In this document: in pieces, positions 38,201 to 47,757 of the stretch
Position numbering within the stretch: the first letter of the stretch is position 1
Layout: each line of letters opens with the position of its first letter
Virus record (IMG/VR): IMGVR_UViG_3300008267_000780
Coordinates: 10,718-74,717 of that record
Reading direction: 5' to 3' (one strand)
DNA length: 64,000 nucleotides
Source of the DNA: a virus
The notes under the pieces: model-generated
The model's input: only the letters and a program-made list of their open reading frames with translations
The model's database searches: none
What the model was told of the DNA's origin: nothing
Position numbers and translations under genes: made by a program

Positions 38201-41200
38201 CGGGCTCAAGCGGGTCAAGCGGAAGCGCAGGAACGTCGGGTTCAACAGGAACAAGTGGTAGCACGGGAACATCGGGTTCTTCAGGAACAAGTGGAAGCAC
38301 GGGTTCAAGCGGTTCAACAGGTTCAAGTGGTACTTCGGGCTCAAGCGGTACGAGCGGTAGCACGGGTTCAAGTGGTACAAGCGGTTCTACAGGAACTTCG
38401 GGTTCTGCAGGAAGTGCAGGCTCAAGTGGTTCAACGGGTTCTTCAGGAACATCGGGCTCAAGCGGTACAAGCGGTAGCACAGGTTCTTCGGGTTCTACAG
38501 GTTCTTCAGGCACATCAGGTTCATCAGCAACTTCGGGCTCTGCAGGCTCTTCGGGAACTGCGGGTTCTGCAGGTTCATCAGGAACTTCAGGGGCAAATGG
38601 TTCATCGGGAACAAGCGGAAGCGCGGGTTCTTCGGGTTCTACAGGTTCATCAGGCACATCAGGCTCAAGCGGAACATCAGGAAGCGCGGGTTCAAGCGGT
38701 TCAACAGGTTCAAGTGGTACATCGGGCTCAAGCGGTACGAGCGGTAGCACGGGCTCAAGTGGTTCTACGGGTTCTTCAGGAACATCAGGTTCTACAGGTT
38801 CTTCGGGGTCTACAGGAACATCAGGTTCTACAGGAACTTCAGGTTCAAGTGGTTCATCAGGAACTTCGGGCGCAAATGGTTCAAGCGGAACGAGCGGAAG
38901 TGCGGGTTCAAGCGGTTCAACGGGTTCATCAGGAACGAGCGGCTCAAGTGGAACGAGCGGAAGTACAGGCTCAAGCGGTTCAACAGGGTCCTCAGGAACT
39001 TCAGGTTCTTCAGGAACATCGGCATCAAGCGGAACTTCAGGAACTGCAGGTACTTCAGGAAGTGCAGGAACTTCAGGTGAAAACGGTTCTTCAGGAACGT
39101 CAGGCTCAAGCGGAAGTGCGGGTTCAACAGGTTCTTCAGGAACCTCAGGTTCAAGCGGAACGAGTGGTAGCACAGGCTCAAGTGGTTCTACAGGCTCAAG
39201 TGGTACTTCGGGTTCGTCAGCAACTTCAGGCTCTACGGGTTCATCAGGAACCTCGGGAGCGAATGGCTCTTCAGGTACTTCAGGTTCATCAGGAAGTGCA
39301 GGTACGAGTGGTTCAACAGGCTCAAGCGGAACCTCAGGTTCTTCAGGAACAAGCGGAAGCACAGGTTCAAGCGGTTCAACAGGCTCAAGCGGAACCTCAG
39401 GTACATCAGCAACTTCGGGTTCTGCAGGTTCAAGCGGTACATCGGGTTCTACGGGTTCATCGGGAACATCGGGTTCTGCAGGTTCATCAGGAACCTCAGG
39501 TTCTGTAGGTTCTTCAGGAACTTCGGGTTCTGCAGGCTCAAGCGGTACAAGTGGAAGCACGGGTTCAAGTGGTTCAACAGGTTCATCAGGAACGTCAGGT
39601 ACGTCAGCAACGTCGGGTTCTGCGGGTTCAAGCGGTTCAACAGGTTCAAGCGGAACGTCAGGCTCAAGCGGTACGAGCGGTAGCACGGGTTCAAGTGGTT
39701 CTACGGGTTCAAGTGGTACTTCGGGTTCTACGGGTTCAAGCGGCACTTCGGGTGCAAATGGTTCAAGTGGTACAAGCGGTTCTGCAGGTTCGTCAGGAAC
39801 TGCAGGTTCTGCAGGTTCATCAGGAACCTCAGGTGCAAATGGCTCATCAGGTACATCGGGTTCATCAGGAAGCGCAGGCTCAAGTGGTTCAACGGGTTCA
39901 AGCGGAACATCGGGTTCTTCAGGAACAAGCGGAAGCACGGGTTCAAGCGGTTCTACGGGTTCATCAGGAACTTCGGGTTCTGCAGGAACCTCAGGTTCAA
40001 GTGGTTCTTCAGGAACATCGGGAGCGAATGGTTCAAGCGGAACGAGCGGAAGTGCGGGTTCAAGCGGGTCAACAGGTTCATCAGGAACGAGCGGCTCAAG
40101 CGGAACAAGCGGAAGCACAGGGTCAAGTGGGTCAACAGGTTCATCAGGAACGTCAGGTTCATCAGGAACTTCGGCATCGAGCGGAAGTTCAGGAAGCGCA
40201 GGTACTTCAGGAAGTGCAGGAACATCAGGGGCAAATGGTTCATCAGGAACTTCAGGTTCTTCAGGAAGCGCAGGCTCATCGGGCTCTACGGGTTCTTCAG
40301 GAACGTCAGGTTCAAGCGGAACAAGCGGAAGTGCGGGTTCAAGCGGCTCTACGGGTTCTTCAGGAACGAGTGGTAGCGCGGGTTCTTCAGGCACATCAGG
40401 TTCTGCAGGCTCTTCAGGAACATCAGGAGCAAACGGCTCAAGTGGCACATCGGGCTCTTCAGGAAGCGCGGGCTCTTCGGGTTCTACAGGAAGTTCAGGA
40501 ACCTCGGGTTCAAGTGGAACGAGCGGTAGCACAGGTTCTTCGGGTTCTACGGGCTCTTCAGGCACATCAGGCTCAAGCGGAACATCCGCATCAAGTGGTT
40601 CTTCGGGTACATCGGGTTCCGCAGGTTCTTCAGGAACCTCGGGAGCAAATGGCTCTTCAGGAACTTCGGGCTCTGCAGGTAGTGCGGGCTCAAGTGGTTC
40701 AACAGGCTCTTCAGGAACATCAGGGTCAAGCGGAACATCAGGAAGCACAGGTTCAAGTGGTTCTACGGGTTCGTCAGGAACTTCGGGTTCTTCAGCAACA
40801 TCAGGCTCTGCGGGTTCTTCGGGAACGGCAGGCTCTTCAGGTTCTTCGGGAACTTCGGGCGCAAACGGCTCAAGTGGTACTTCAGGTTCTGCAGGTTCTA
40901 CAGGCTCAAGTGGTACTTCGGGTTCTACAGGCTCAAGTGGTACTTCGGGTTCTTCAGGAACTTCGGGCACAGCGGGTTCAAGTGGTACTTCAGGAAGTAC
41001 AGGCTCAAGCGGTTCTACGGGTTCATCAGGAACGAGTGGTTCTTCAGGCACCTCGGGTGCAAACGGTTCAAGCGGAACTTCGGGTTCTTCGGGTAGTGCG
41101 GGGTCAAGTGGCTCTACAGGCTCATCAGGAACATCAGGTTCAAGCGGTACAAGTGGTAGCACAGGTTCTTCAGGCTCTACGGGTTCTTCAGGGACATCAG

Positions 41201-44200
41201 GCTCATCAGCAACTTCGGGCTCTGCAGGTTCGTCAGGGACTTCAGGAAGTGCGGGTTCATCAGGTACTTCGGGAGCAAATGGTTCGAGCGGAACAAGCGG
41301 TAGCGCAGGTTCTTCGGGTTCTACAGGTTCATCAGGCACCTCAGGTTCAAGCGGAACAAGCGGAAGTGCAGGCTCAAGCGGTTCTACGGGTTCAAGCGGA
41401 ACATCAGGCTCTGCAGGTTCAAGTGGCACTTCGGGTTCTGCAGGTTCTTCAGGAAGTGCGGGCTCATCAGGTACTTCAGGCGCAAATGGTTCAAGCGGAA
41501 CAAGCGGAAGCGCAGGTTCTTCAGGAAGCACAGGTTCATCAGGAACATCGGGTTCTTCAGGAACAAGCGGTAGCACGGGTTCTTCGGGGTCTACAGGCTC
41601 AAGCGGAACAAGCGGTAGCGCAGGTTCTTCAGGAACATCGGCATCAAGTGGAAGTTCAGGAAGCGCAGGTACATCAGGAAGTTCAGGAACATCAGGGGCC
41701 AACGGCTCAAGCGGTACTTCAGGTTCTGCAGGCAGTGCGGGCTCAAGTGGTTCTACAGGTTCAAGTGGTACTTCGGGTTCATCAGGAACAAGTGGTAGCA
41801 CGGGTTCAAGTGGTTCGACAGGTTCATCAGGTTCTACAGGCTCATCAGGTTCTACAGGGACTTCAGGCTCAAGCGGTTCATCAGGAACTTCAGGAGCAAA
41901 CGGTTCAAGTGGTACAAGCGGTAGTGCGGGTTCGTCAGGTTCCACAGGTTCTTCAGGGACATCAGGCTCAAGCGGAACATCAGGAAGCGCGGGTTCAAGC
42001 GGCTCTACGGGCTCTTCAGGCACATCAGGTTCTTCAGCAACTTCGGGTTCTGCAGGTTCATCAGGAACTGCAGGCTCTGCAGGTTCTTCGGGAACTTCAG
42101 GTGCAAATGGCTCAAGCGGTTCAAGCGGAACAAGTGGTAGTTCGGGTTCTTCAGGCTCTACAGGTTCTTCAGGAACATCAGGTTCAAGCGGAACAAGCGG
42201 AAGCGCGGGTTCTTCGGGTTCAACGGGTTCAAGCGGTACAAGCGGCTCTTCAGGAACATCGGCATCAAGCGGAAGTTCAGGAAGCGCAGGCACATCAGGT
42301 AGTTCGGGTACTTCAGGAGCAAATGGTTCAAGTGGCTCAAGTGGAACAAGTGGTTCTTCAGGAAGCGCAGGTTCAACAGGGTCATCAGGCTCATCAGGAA
42401 CTTCGGGTTCGAGCGGAACAAGTGGTTCAACAGGTTCAAGCGGCTCTACGGGCTCAAGTGGGTCTACGGGTACATCGGGTTCAAGCGGTTCAAGCGGAAC
42501 TTCGGGAGCAAATGGTTCAAGTGGTTCATCAGGAACAAGTGGTAGTGCAGGTTCAAGTGGAACAAGTGGTTCTGCGGGTTCATCAGGAACATCAGGCTCT
42601 GCAGGCTCTTCGGGAACTTCAGGCACAGCGGGTTCAAGTGGAACATCAGGAACACGTGGTTCTTCAGGTTCATCAGGCTCTACAGGTTCTTCAGGGACTT
42701 CGGGTTCATCAGGAACAAGTGGTAGCACGGGTTCATCAGGCTCTACAGGTTCAAGCGGAACATCAGGCTCTTCGGGAACATCTGCATCAAGCGGAAGTTC
42801 AGGAAGCGCGGGTACATCGGGCTCAAGCGGAACTTCAGGAGCGAATGGTTCGTCAGGTACTTCGGGCTCTTCAGGAAGTGCGGGTTCAAGCGGTTCAACA
42901 GGTTCTTCAGGCACATCAGGCTCAAGCGGTACATCAGGAAGCGCAGGTTCAAGTGGTTCTACAGGTTCTTCAGGAACAAGCGGTAGCGCAGGTTCTTCAG
43001 GCACATCGGGTTCTGCAGGCTCGTCAGGCACATCAGGTGCAAATGGCTCATCAGGAACATCGGGTTCTTCAGGTAGTGCGGGTTCATCGGGTTCTACGGG
43101 TTCTTCAGGAACATCAGGCTCAAGCGGTACATCAGGAAGCGCAGGTTCTTCAGGCTCTACAGGCTCAAGTGGAACAAGCGGTAGCGCAGGTTCTTCAGGC
43201 ACATCAGGTTCTGCAGGCTCTTCAGGCACATCAGGTGCAAACGGTTCAAGTGGTACAAGTGGCTCAAGCGGAAGCGCAGGTTCAAGCGGTTCTACGGGAA
43301 GTTCAGGAACCTCGGGTTCAAGTGGAACAAGTGGTAGCACAGGTTCAAGCGGGTCAACAGGTTCAAGCGGAACGAGTGGTAGTGCAGGTTCTTCAGGAAC
43401 ATCAGGCTCGGCAGGTTCAAGCGGAACGAGTGGTAGCGCAGGTTCTTCAGGCACATCAGGCACAGCAGGTTCAAGTGGTACTTCGGGAACACGTGGTTCT
43501 TCAGGTTCATCAGGTTCTACAGGAACGAGCGGTTCAAGCGGAACAAGTGGAAGCACAGGTTCAAGCGGCTCTACGGGCTCAAGTGGTACTTCGGGTTCGT
43601 CAGGAACCTCGGCATCAAGCGGAAGTTCAGGAAGTGCGGGTACCTCAGGTAGTTCAGGAACTTCAGGGGCAAATGGCTCAAGTGGCTCAAGTGGAACAGC
43701 AGGTTCTTCAGGAAGCGCGGGTTCTTCAGGTTCTACAGGTTCTTCGGGAACAAGTGGTTCATCAGGAACGAGTGGTAGCACGGGCTCAAGCGGTTCTACA
43801 GGCTCAAGTGGGTCTACGGGAACATCGGGGTCAAGTGGCTCAAGCGGAACATCAGGGGCAAATGGCTCAAGTGGTTCTTCAGGAACGAGCGGAAGCGCAG
43901 GCTCATCAGGAACTTCGGGTTCAGCGGGCTCATCAGGAACGAGCGGAAGCGCAGGTTCAAGCGGAACAAGTGGTAGCGCAGGTTCAAGCGGGTCAACGGG
44001 CTCTTCGGGAACTTCAGGCTCAAGTGGCTCGTCGGGTACATCGGGTGCCAACGGCTCAAGTGGCTCAAGCGGAACAGCAGGTTCTTCAGGAAGTGCGGGT
44101 TCTACGGGTTCTTCAGGGTCTTCAGGCACAGCAGGGTCGTCAGGTACGGCAGGTTCTTCGGGTAGTGCGGGCTCAAGTGGCTCTACAGGCTCAAGCGGTA

Positions 44201-47200
44201 CTGCGGGCTCAAGCGGCTCTTCAGGCACATCGGGTGCAAATGGCTCAAGTGGTTCTGCAGGTTCAAGTGGTACTTCAGGAACAGCAGGTTCAAGTGGTAC
44301 TTCAGGAACGCGAGGTTCGTCAGGGTCATCAGGCTCTACAGGTTCAAGTGGGTCTACGGGTACGTCAGGCTCAAGCGGTTCAAGTGGCACATCGGGCTCG
44401 AGCGGGTCTTCAGGCACATCAGGAGCGAATGGTTCAAGCGGCTCTTCAGGAACAAGTGGTTCTTCAGGAAGCACGGGTTCAAGTGGGTCTACGGGTTCAT
44501 CAGGAACAGCAGGTTCTTCAGGAAGTGCGGGTTCTACAGGGTCTTCAGGCTCTTCAGGAACAGCAGGTTCATCAGGTACATCGGCATCAAGTGGTAGTTC
44601 AGGAAGTGCAGGCACATCAGGCGCAAATGGCTCGAGCGGCTCAAGCGGAACGAGCGGTTCTTCAGGAAGCGCGGGTTCTACAGGGTCTTCAGGCTCTTCA
44701 GGAACAGCAGGTTCATCAGGCACATCGGGTTCTGCGGGTAGTGCAGGCTCAAGCGGCTCTACGGGCTCAAGCGGTACATCAGGCTCAAGCGGGTCTTCGG
44801 GTACATCAGGTGCAAATGGCTCAAGCGGTTCAAGTGGAACAAGCGGGTCTGCAGGTTCAAGTGGTTCTACGGGCTCATCGGGTTCGTCAGGAACTGCAGG
44901 TTCAAGCGGTACTGCAGGTTCTTCAGGTTCTACAGGCTCAAGCGGGTCTACGGGCTCAAGCGGAACTGCGGGTTCAAGCGGGTCTTCAGGCACATCGGGT
45001 GCAAATGGCTCAAGCGGTTCAAGTGGAACAAGTGGTTCTGCGGGGTCTTCGGGAACTTCGGGAACAGCGGGGTCAAGCGGTACTTCAGGAACTCGGGGTT
45101 CATCGGGTTCATCGGGTTCGACAGGCTCAAGTGGTTCAACGGGTACATCAGGCTCAAGCGGTTCGAGCGGAAGCGCGGGTACGTCAGGTGCAAACGGTTC
45201 GAGCGGAACAAGCGGTTCTTCAGGAAGTGCGGGTTCTACAGGCTCTTCAGGCTCTTCAGGAACAAGTGGTTCAAGCGGAACAAGCGGAAGTGCAGGTTCA
45301 AGCGGTTCTACAGGCTCAAGTGGGTCTACGGGTACTTCGGGCTCAAGTGGCTCAAGCGGAAGTGCAGGCACATCAGGTGCAAACGGTTCTTCAGGAACGG
45401 CAGGTTCTTCAGGAAGCGCAGGTTCAAGTGGGTCTACGGGTTCTTCAGGAACTGCAGGTTCTTCAGGTAGTGCAGGTTCTACGGGTTCTTCGGGTTCTTC
45501 AGGAACTGCGGGTTCGAGTGGAACTTCGGGCTCATCAGGAAGCGCAGGTTCAAGCGGAAGCGCGGGTACATCGGGTGCAAATGGTTCAAGCGGAACTTCG
45601 GGCTCATCAGGAAGTGCAGGTTCTACGGGCTCATCAGGTTCGTCAGGAACTGCAGGCTCAAGTGGAACATCAGGAACGAGGGGTTCTTCAGGCTCAAGCG
45701 GTTCTACGGGTTCCTCAGGCTCCACAGGAACCTCAGGCTCAAGCGGAAGCGCAGGCACATCAGGTGCAAACGGTTCTTCAGGAACGTCAGGTTCTTCAGG
45801 AAGCGCAGGTTCAAGTGGGTCGACAGGGTCAAGTGGAACATCAGGTTCTTCAGGAAGTGCGGGTTCTACAGGCTCATCAGGTTCTTCGGGAACAGCGGGT
45901 TCATCAGGAACATCGGCATCAAGTGGAAGTTCAGGAAGCGCAGGTACTTCAGGGGCAAACGGTTCTTCGGGTACTTCGGGCTCATCAGGAAGCGCAGGTT
46001 CTACGGGCTCATCAGGCTCAAGCGGAACAGCGGGCTCATCAGGAAGCGCAGGTTCGAGTGGCTCTACAGGGTCAAGCGGAACAGCGGGCTCATCAGGAAG
46101 TGCAGGTTCTACGGGTTCAAGCGGTTCTACGGGTACATCGGGCTCAAGCGGTTCGAGTGGAAACACGGGGGCAGCGGGGTCAAGCGGAACGAGTGGGTCT
46201 TCAGGTAGCGCAGGTTCAACGGGTTCGAGCGGGTCTTCAGGAACTGCGGGTTCTTCAGGAACATCGGGCACAAGAGGTTCATCAGGTTCAAGTGGGTCTA
46301 CAGGTTCGAGTGGTTCTACGGGTACATCAGGCTCAAGCGGTTCGAGTGGAAACACAGGAGCAGCGGGGTCAAGCGGAACGAGCGGGTCTTCAGGAAGTGC
46401 AGGTTCGACAGGTTCAAGTGGTTCTACAGGTACATCGGGCTCAAGCGGTTCGAGTGGAAACACGGGCGCAGCGGGTTCAAGTGGAACGAGCGGGTCTTCA
46501 GGCAGCGCAGGTTCGACAGGTTCAAGTGGTTCTACGGGTACATCGGGCTCAAGCGGTTCGAGTGGAAACACAGGTGCTGCGGGTTCAAGTGGAACGAGCG
46601 GTTCGAGTGGAAACACAGGTGCGGCAGGTTCTTCGGGAACTTCAGGCTCAAGCGGCTCAAGTGGTAACACAGGTGCGGCAGGTTCAAGCGGAACGAGCGG
46701 TTCGAGTGGAAACACAGGAGCGGCAGGTTCTTCGGGAACTTCAGGCTCAAGCGGCTCAAGTGGTAACACAGGTGCGGCAGGTTCAAGCGGAACGAGCGGT
46801 TCGAGTGGAAACACGGGTGCGGCAGGTTCATCAGGGACTTCAGGTGCAAACGGTGCTGCGGGCTCAAGCGGAACAAGCGGTTCATCAGGAACTTCAGGCG
46901 CAAACGGAGCGGCAGGTTCTTCAGGAACGTCGGGTACACGAGGTTCATCAGGAACTTCGGGCGCAAACGGAGCAAACGGTTCGTCAGGAACTTCAGGCGC
47001 AAACGGAGCAAATGGTTCGTCAGGAACTTCGGGAGCAAATGGAGCGGCAGGTTCTTCGGGAACTTCGGGCGCAAATGGAGCGGCAGGTTCCTCGGGAACT
47101 TCGGGTACACGTGGTTCAAGTGGAACATCGGGTGCAAATGGAGCAAATGGTTCATCAGGTACGTCAGGCGCGAATGGAGCAAACGGTTCATCAGGTACAT

Positions 47201-47757
47201 CAGGCGCGAATGGGGCGGCAGGTGCTGCAGGTTCATCAGGTACGAGCGGTACGAGCGTAGCGGTGAGCGGTACGACAAACAGAATCGTTAAATTCACTGC
47301 ATCGACCACGATAGGAAACGCAAACGCGTCCGACGATGGAACGACATTCGAAGTATTGAATACGGTTGGATTTAAGGCAGCCAAATCGTTAGCGGTAGGT
47401 GCTTTGTCACCATCCGCAACCACAGGACGAATTGATGCTTCAAACGACATCGTAGCGTTCTCTACATCAGACAAACGATTCAAAGAAAACGTGAAGCGAA
47501 TTGAAAACGCTCTCGAGAAAATCAAGACAATCGGTGGATACTCATTCGATTGGCGCGAGGAAGGCTTCGAGGCTCACGGATTCAAAGGAAGTGATGTCGG
47601 AGTAATCGCGCAGGAAATCGAATCAGTGTTGCCCGAAATCGTGAAGGTGAAAGCCAACGGATTCAAGGGTGTACGTTACGAAAAAATTATCGCCTTGGTG
47701 ATTGAAGCAATCAAGGAGTTGGATGACAAAGTTGAACAATTAAAGAAGCAACAGTAA
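35206..47757 (+). CDS. giant 4183-aa Gly-X-Y (Ser/Thr/Ala) fibre with C1q/BclA-like internal domain and C-terminal peptidase S74 chaperone
   Basis: about 3400 contiguous Gly-X-Y residues; beta domain at about 36505-36960; SDKRFKEN..GVIAQE..VRYEKIIALVIEAIKEL. Confidence 0.9.
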   Translation: MAKNILITPYRNSTNPLELPKIDFINGSTAITLQVEETTQSITYVGSAGTLLQINNDLTGTTVSTKNIAITGVIKNTGITSNSGLNDFVVVDIATGQFYYRSAPTGTSGSSGQSGTSGTSGANGSSGTSGANGSSGTSGANGSSGTSGANGSSGTSASSGTSGSTGSSGTSGANGSSGTSGVNGSSGTSGTSGENGSSGTSGENGSSGTSGENGSSGTSGENGSSGTSGENGSSGTSGENGSSGSSGTSGANGSSGTSGANGTSGTSGGSGASISDGWDWGTPINATKMYSSNGALDSSSVLLNISETSLTSQNYASQFSLIGIGSKITTRGGLFGANVTEWEVTSVTDSGTYYEFGVTYLSGTQWTPSTGDDILCDFAIAGQAGTSGTAGTSGANGSSGTSGANGTSGTSGENGTSGTSGSTGSSGTSGAGVANYYAQYSSSVSQAIAVVNTPQVITYNTVEIENGISFSGGQITVQYSGIYEFSFSPQVEKTQGGTAVNVDFFIRKNGFDVIRTDSIIGLVSNSQLQLPFVSLTLELLQNDFIELLFASSSTFVQITAEAAKTTPFVAPAAPSVIVSLKNIGVAAVAYTSTSGSSGQSGTAGVSGTSGSTGTSGSSGESGTAGTSGIAGTSGTSGDSGSSGTSGTGGSSGSSGDSGSSGTSGTGGSSGTSGTGGSSGSSGNSGSSGTSGTGGSSGTSGTGGSSGSSGNSGSSGTSGTGGSSGSSGNSGSSGTSGTGGSSGSSGDSGSSGTSGTGGSSGTSGTGGSSGTSGTGGSSGSSGDSGSSGTSGTGGSSGSSGDSGSSGTSGTGGSSGTSGSSGSSGSTGTSGSTGSSGSSGSAGTSGSTGSSGSAGTSGSTGSSGTSGSTGSSGTSASSGSSGSAGTSGESGSAGTSGSTGSSGSSGSTGTSGSTGSSGSSGSAGTGGSSGTSGTGGSSGSSGDSGSSGTSGTGGSSGTSGTGGSSGSSGDSGSSGTSGTGGSSGTSGSSGSSGSTGTSGSTGSSGSSGSAGTSGSTGTSGSTGTSGSSGTSGSTGSSGSTGSSGTSGSSGTSGSTGSSGTSGSTGTSGSAGSAGSSGSTGSSGTSGSSGTSGSTGSSGSTGSSGTSGSSATSGSAGSSGTAGSAGSSGTSGANGSSGTSGSAGSSGSTGSSGTSGSSGTSGSAGSSGSTGSSGTSGSSGTSGSTGSSGSTGSSGTSGSTGSSGSTGTSGSTGTSGSSGSSGTSGANGSSGTSGSAGSSGSTGSSGTSGSSGTSGSTGSSGSTGSSGTSGSSGTSASSGTSGTAGTSGSAGTSGENGSSGTSGSSGSAGSTGSSGTSGSSGTSGSTGSSGSTGSSGTSGSSATSGSTGSSGTSGANGSSGTSGSSGSAGTSGSTGSSGTSGSSGTSGSTGSSGSTGSSGTSGTSATSGSAGSSGTSGSTGSSGTSGSAGSSGTSGSVGSSGTSGSAGSSGTSGSTGSSGSTGSSGTSGTSATSGSAGSSGSTGSSGTSGSSGTSGSTGSSGSTGSSGTSGSTGSSGTSGANGSSGTSGSAGSSGTAGSAGSSGTSGANGSSGTSGSSGSAGSSGSTGSSGTSGSSGTSGSTGSSGSTGSSGTSGSAGTSGSSGSSGTSGANGSSGTSGSAGSSGSTGSSGTSGSSGTSGSTGSSGSTGSSGTSGSSGTSASSGSSGSAGTSGSAGTSGANGSSGTSGSSGSAGSSGSTGSSGTSGSSGTSGSAGSSGSTGSSGTSGSAGSSGTSGSAGSSGTSGANGSSGTSGSSGSAGSSGSTGSSGTSGSSGTSGSTGSSGSTGSSGTSGSSGTSASSGSSGTSGSAGSSGTSGANGSSGTSGSAGSAGSSGSTGSSGTSGSSGTSGSTGSSGSTGSSGTSGSSATSGSAGSSGTAGSSGSSGTSGANGSSGTSGSAGSTGSSGTSGSTGSSGTSGSSGTSGTAGSSGTSGSTGSSGSTGSSGTSGSSGTSGANGSSGTSGSSGSAGSSGSTGSSGTSGSSGTSGSTGSSGSTGSSGTSGSSATSGSAGSSGTSGSAGSSGTSGANGSSGTSGSAGSSGSTGSSGTSGSSGTSGSAGSSGSTGSSGTSGSAGSSGTSGSAGSSGSAGSSGTSGANGSSGTSGSAGSSGSTGSSGTSGSSGTSGSTGSSGSTGSSGTSGSAGSSGTSASSGSSGSAGTSGSSGTSGANGSSGTSGSAGSAGSSGSTGSSGTSGSSGTSGSTGSSGSTGSSGSTGSSGSTGTSGSSGSSGTSGANGSSGTSGSAGSSGSTGSSGTSGSSGTSGSAGSSGSTGSSGTSGSSATSGSAGSSGTAGSAGSSGTSGANGSSGSSGTSGSSGSSGSTGSSGTSGSSGTSGSAGSSGSTGSSGTSGSSGTSASSGSSGSAGTSGSSGTSGANGSSGSSGTSGSSGSAGSTGSSGSSGTSGSSGTSGSTGSSGSTGSSGSTGTSGSSGSSGTSGANGSSGSSGTSGSAGSSGTSGSAGSSGTSGSAGSSGTSGTAGSSGTSGTRGSSGSSGSTGSSGTSGSSGTSGSTGSSGSTGSSGTSGSSGTSASSGSSGSAGTSGSSGTSGANGSSGTSGSSGSAGSSGSTGSSGTSGSSGTSGSAGSSGSTGSSGTSGSAGSSGTSGSAGSSGTSGANGSSGTSGSSGSAGSSGSTGSSGTSGSSGTSGSAGSSGSTGSSGTSGSAGSSGTSGSAGSSGTSGANGSSGTSGSSGSAGSSGSTGSSGTSGSSGTSGSTGSSGSTGSSGTSGSAGSSGTSGSAGSSGTSGSAGSSGTSGTAGSSGTSGTRGSSGSSGSTGTSGSSGTSGSTGSSGSTGSSGTSGSSGTSASSGSSGSAGTSGSSGTSGANGSSGSSGTAGSSGSAGSSGSTGSSGTSGSSGTSGSTGSSGSTGSSGSTGTSGSSGSSGTSGANGSSGSSGTSGSAGSSGTSGSAGSSGTSGSAGSSGTSGSAGSSGSTGSSGTSGSSGSSGTSGANGSSGSSGTAGSSGSAGSTGSSGSSGTAGSSGTAGSSGSAGSSGSTGSSGTAGSSGSSGTSGANGSSGSAGSSGTSGTAGSSGTSGTRGSSGSSGSTGSSGSTGTSGSSGSSGTSGSSGSSGTSGANGSSGSSGTSGSSGSTGSSGSTGSSGTAGSSGSAGSTGSSGSSGTAGSSGTSASSGSSGSAGTSGANGSSGSSGTSGSSGSAGSTGSSGSSGTAGSSGTSGSAGSAGSSGSTGSSGTSGSSGSSGTSGANGSSGSSGTSGSAGSSGSTGSSGSSGTAGSSGTAGSSGSTGSSGSTGSSGTAGSSGSSGTSGANGSSGSSGTSGSAGSSGTSGTAGSSGTSGTRGSSGSSGSTGSSGSTGTSGSSGSSGSAGTSGANGSSGTSGSSGSAGSTGSSGSSGTSGSSGTSGSAGSSGSTGSSGSTGTSGSSGSSGSAGTSGANGSSGTAGSSGSAGSSGSTGSSGTAGSSGSAGSTGSSGSSGTAGSSGTSGSSGSAGSSGSAGTSGANGSSGTSGSSGSAGSTGSSGSSGTAGSSGTSGTRGSSGSSGSTGSSGSTGTSGSSGSAGTSGANGSSGTSGSSGSAGSSGSTGSSGTSGSSGSAGSTGSSGSSGTAGSSGTSASSGSSGSAGTSGANGSSGTSGSSGSAGSTGSSGSSGTAGSSGSAGSSGSTGSSGTAGSSGSAGSTGSSGSTGTSGSSGSSGNTGAAGSSGTSGSSGSAGSTGSSGSSGTAGSSGTSGTRGSSGSSGSTGSSGSTGTSGSSGSSGNTGAAGSSGTSGSSGSAGSTGSSGSTGTSGSSGSSGNTGAAGSSGTSGSSGSAGSTGSSGSTGTSGSSGSSGNTGAAGSSGTSGSSGNTGAAGSSGTSGSSGSSGNTGAAGSSGTSGSSGNTGAAGSSGTSGSSGSSGNTGAAGSSGTSGSSGNTGAAGSSGTSGANGAAGSSGTSGSSGTSGANGAAGSSGTSGTRGSSGTSGANGANGSSGTSGANGANGSSGTSGANGAAGSSGTSGANGAAGSSGTSGTRGSSGTSGANGANGSSGTSGANGANGSSGTSGANGAAGAAGSSGTSGTSVAVSGTTNRIVKFTASTTIGNANASDDGTTFEVLNTVGFKAAKSLAVGALSPSATTGRIDASNDIVAFSTSDKRFKENVKRIENALEKIKTIGGYSFDWREEGFEAHGFKGSDVGVIAQEIESVLPEIVKVKANGFKGVRYEKIIALVIEAIKELDDKVEQLKKQQ
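36985..47255 (+). repeat. about 10.3-kb degenerate 9-nt-period coding repeat (GSS/GTS/GST/GSA/GAN)
   Basis: directly visible. Confidence 0.95.

Noticed and set aside
36985-47255. Possible CRISPR array or satellite
   Set aside because: There is no constant repeat with unique spacers; the 9-nt period and third-position degeneracy indicate coding sequence.
36972-47525. 3517-aa antisense ORF (PEVP/PLEP repeats), and 851-aa and 2569-aa alternative-frame ORFs (QVLQ repeats)
   Set aside because: These are shadows of the Gly-Ser/Thr codon repeat. They have no start context or terminal domains, and only the 35206 frame carries non-repetitive domains.
35206-47757. Ice-nucleation protein or DGR target
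   Set aside because: It lacks the AGYGSTxT 16-mer periodicity, and no reverse transcriptase or TR/VR pair is seen.
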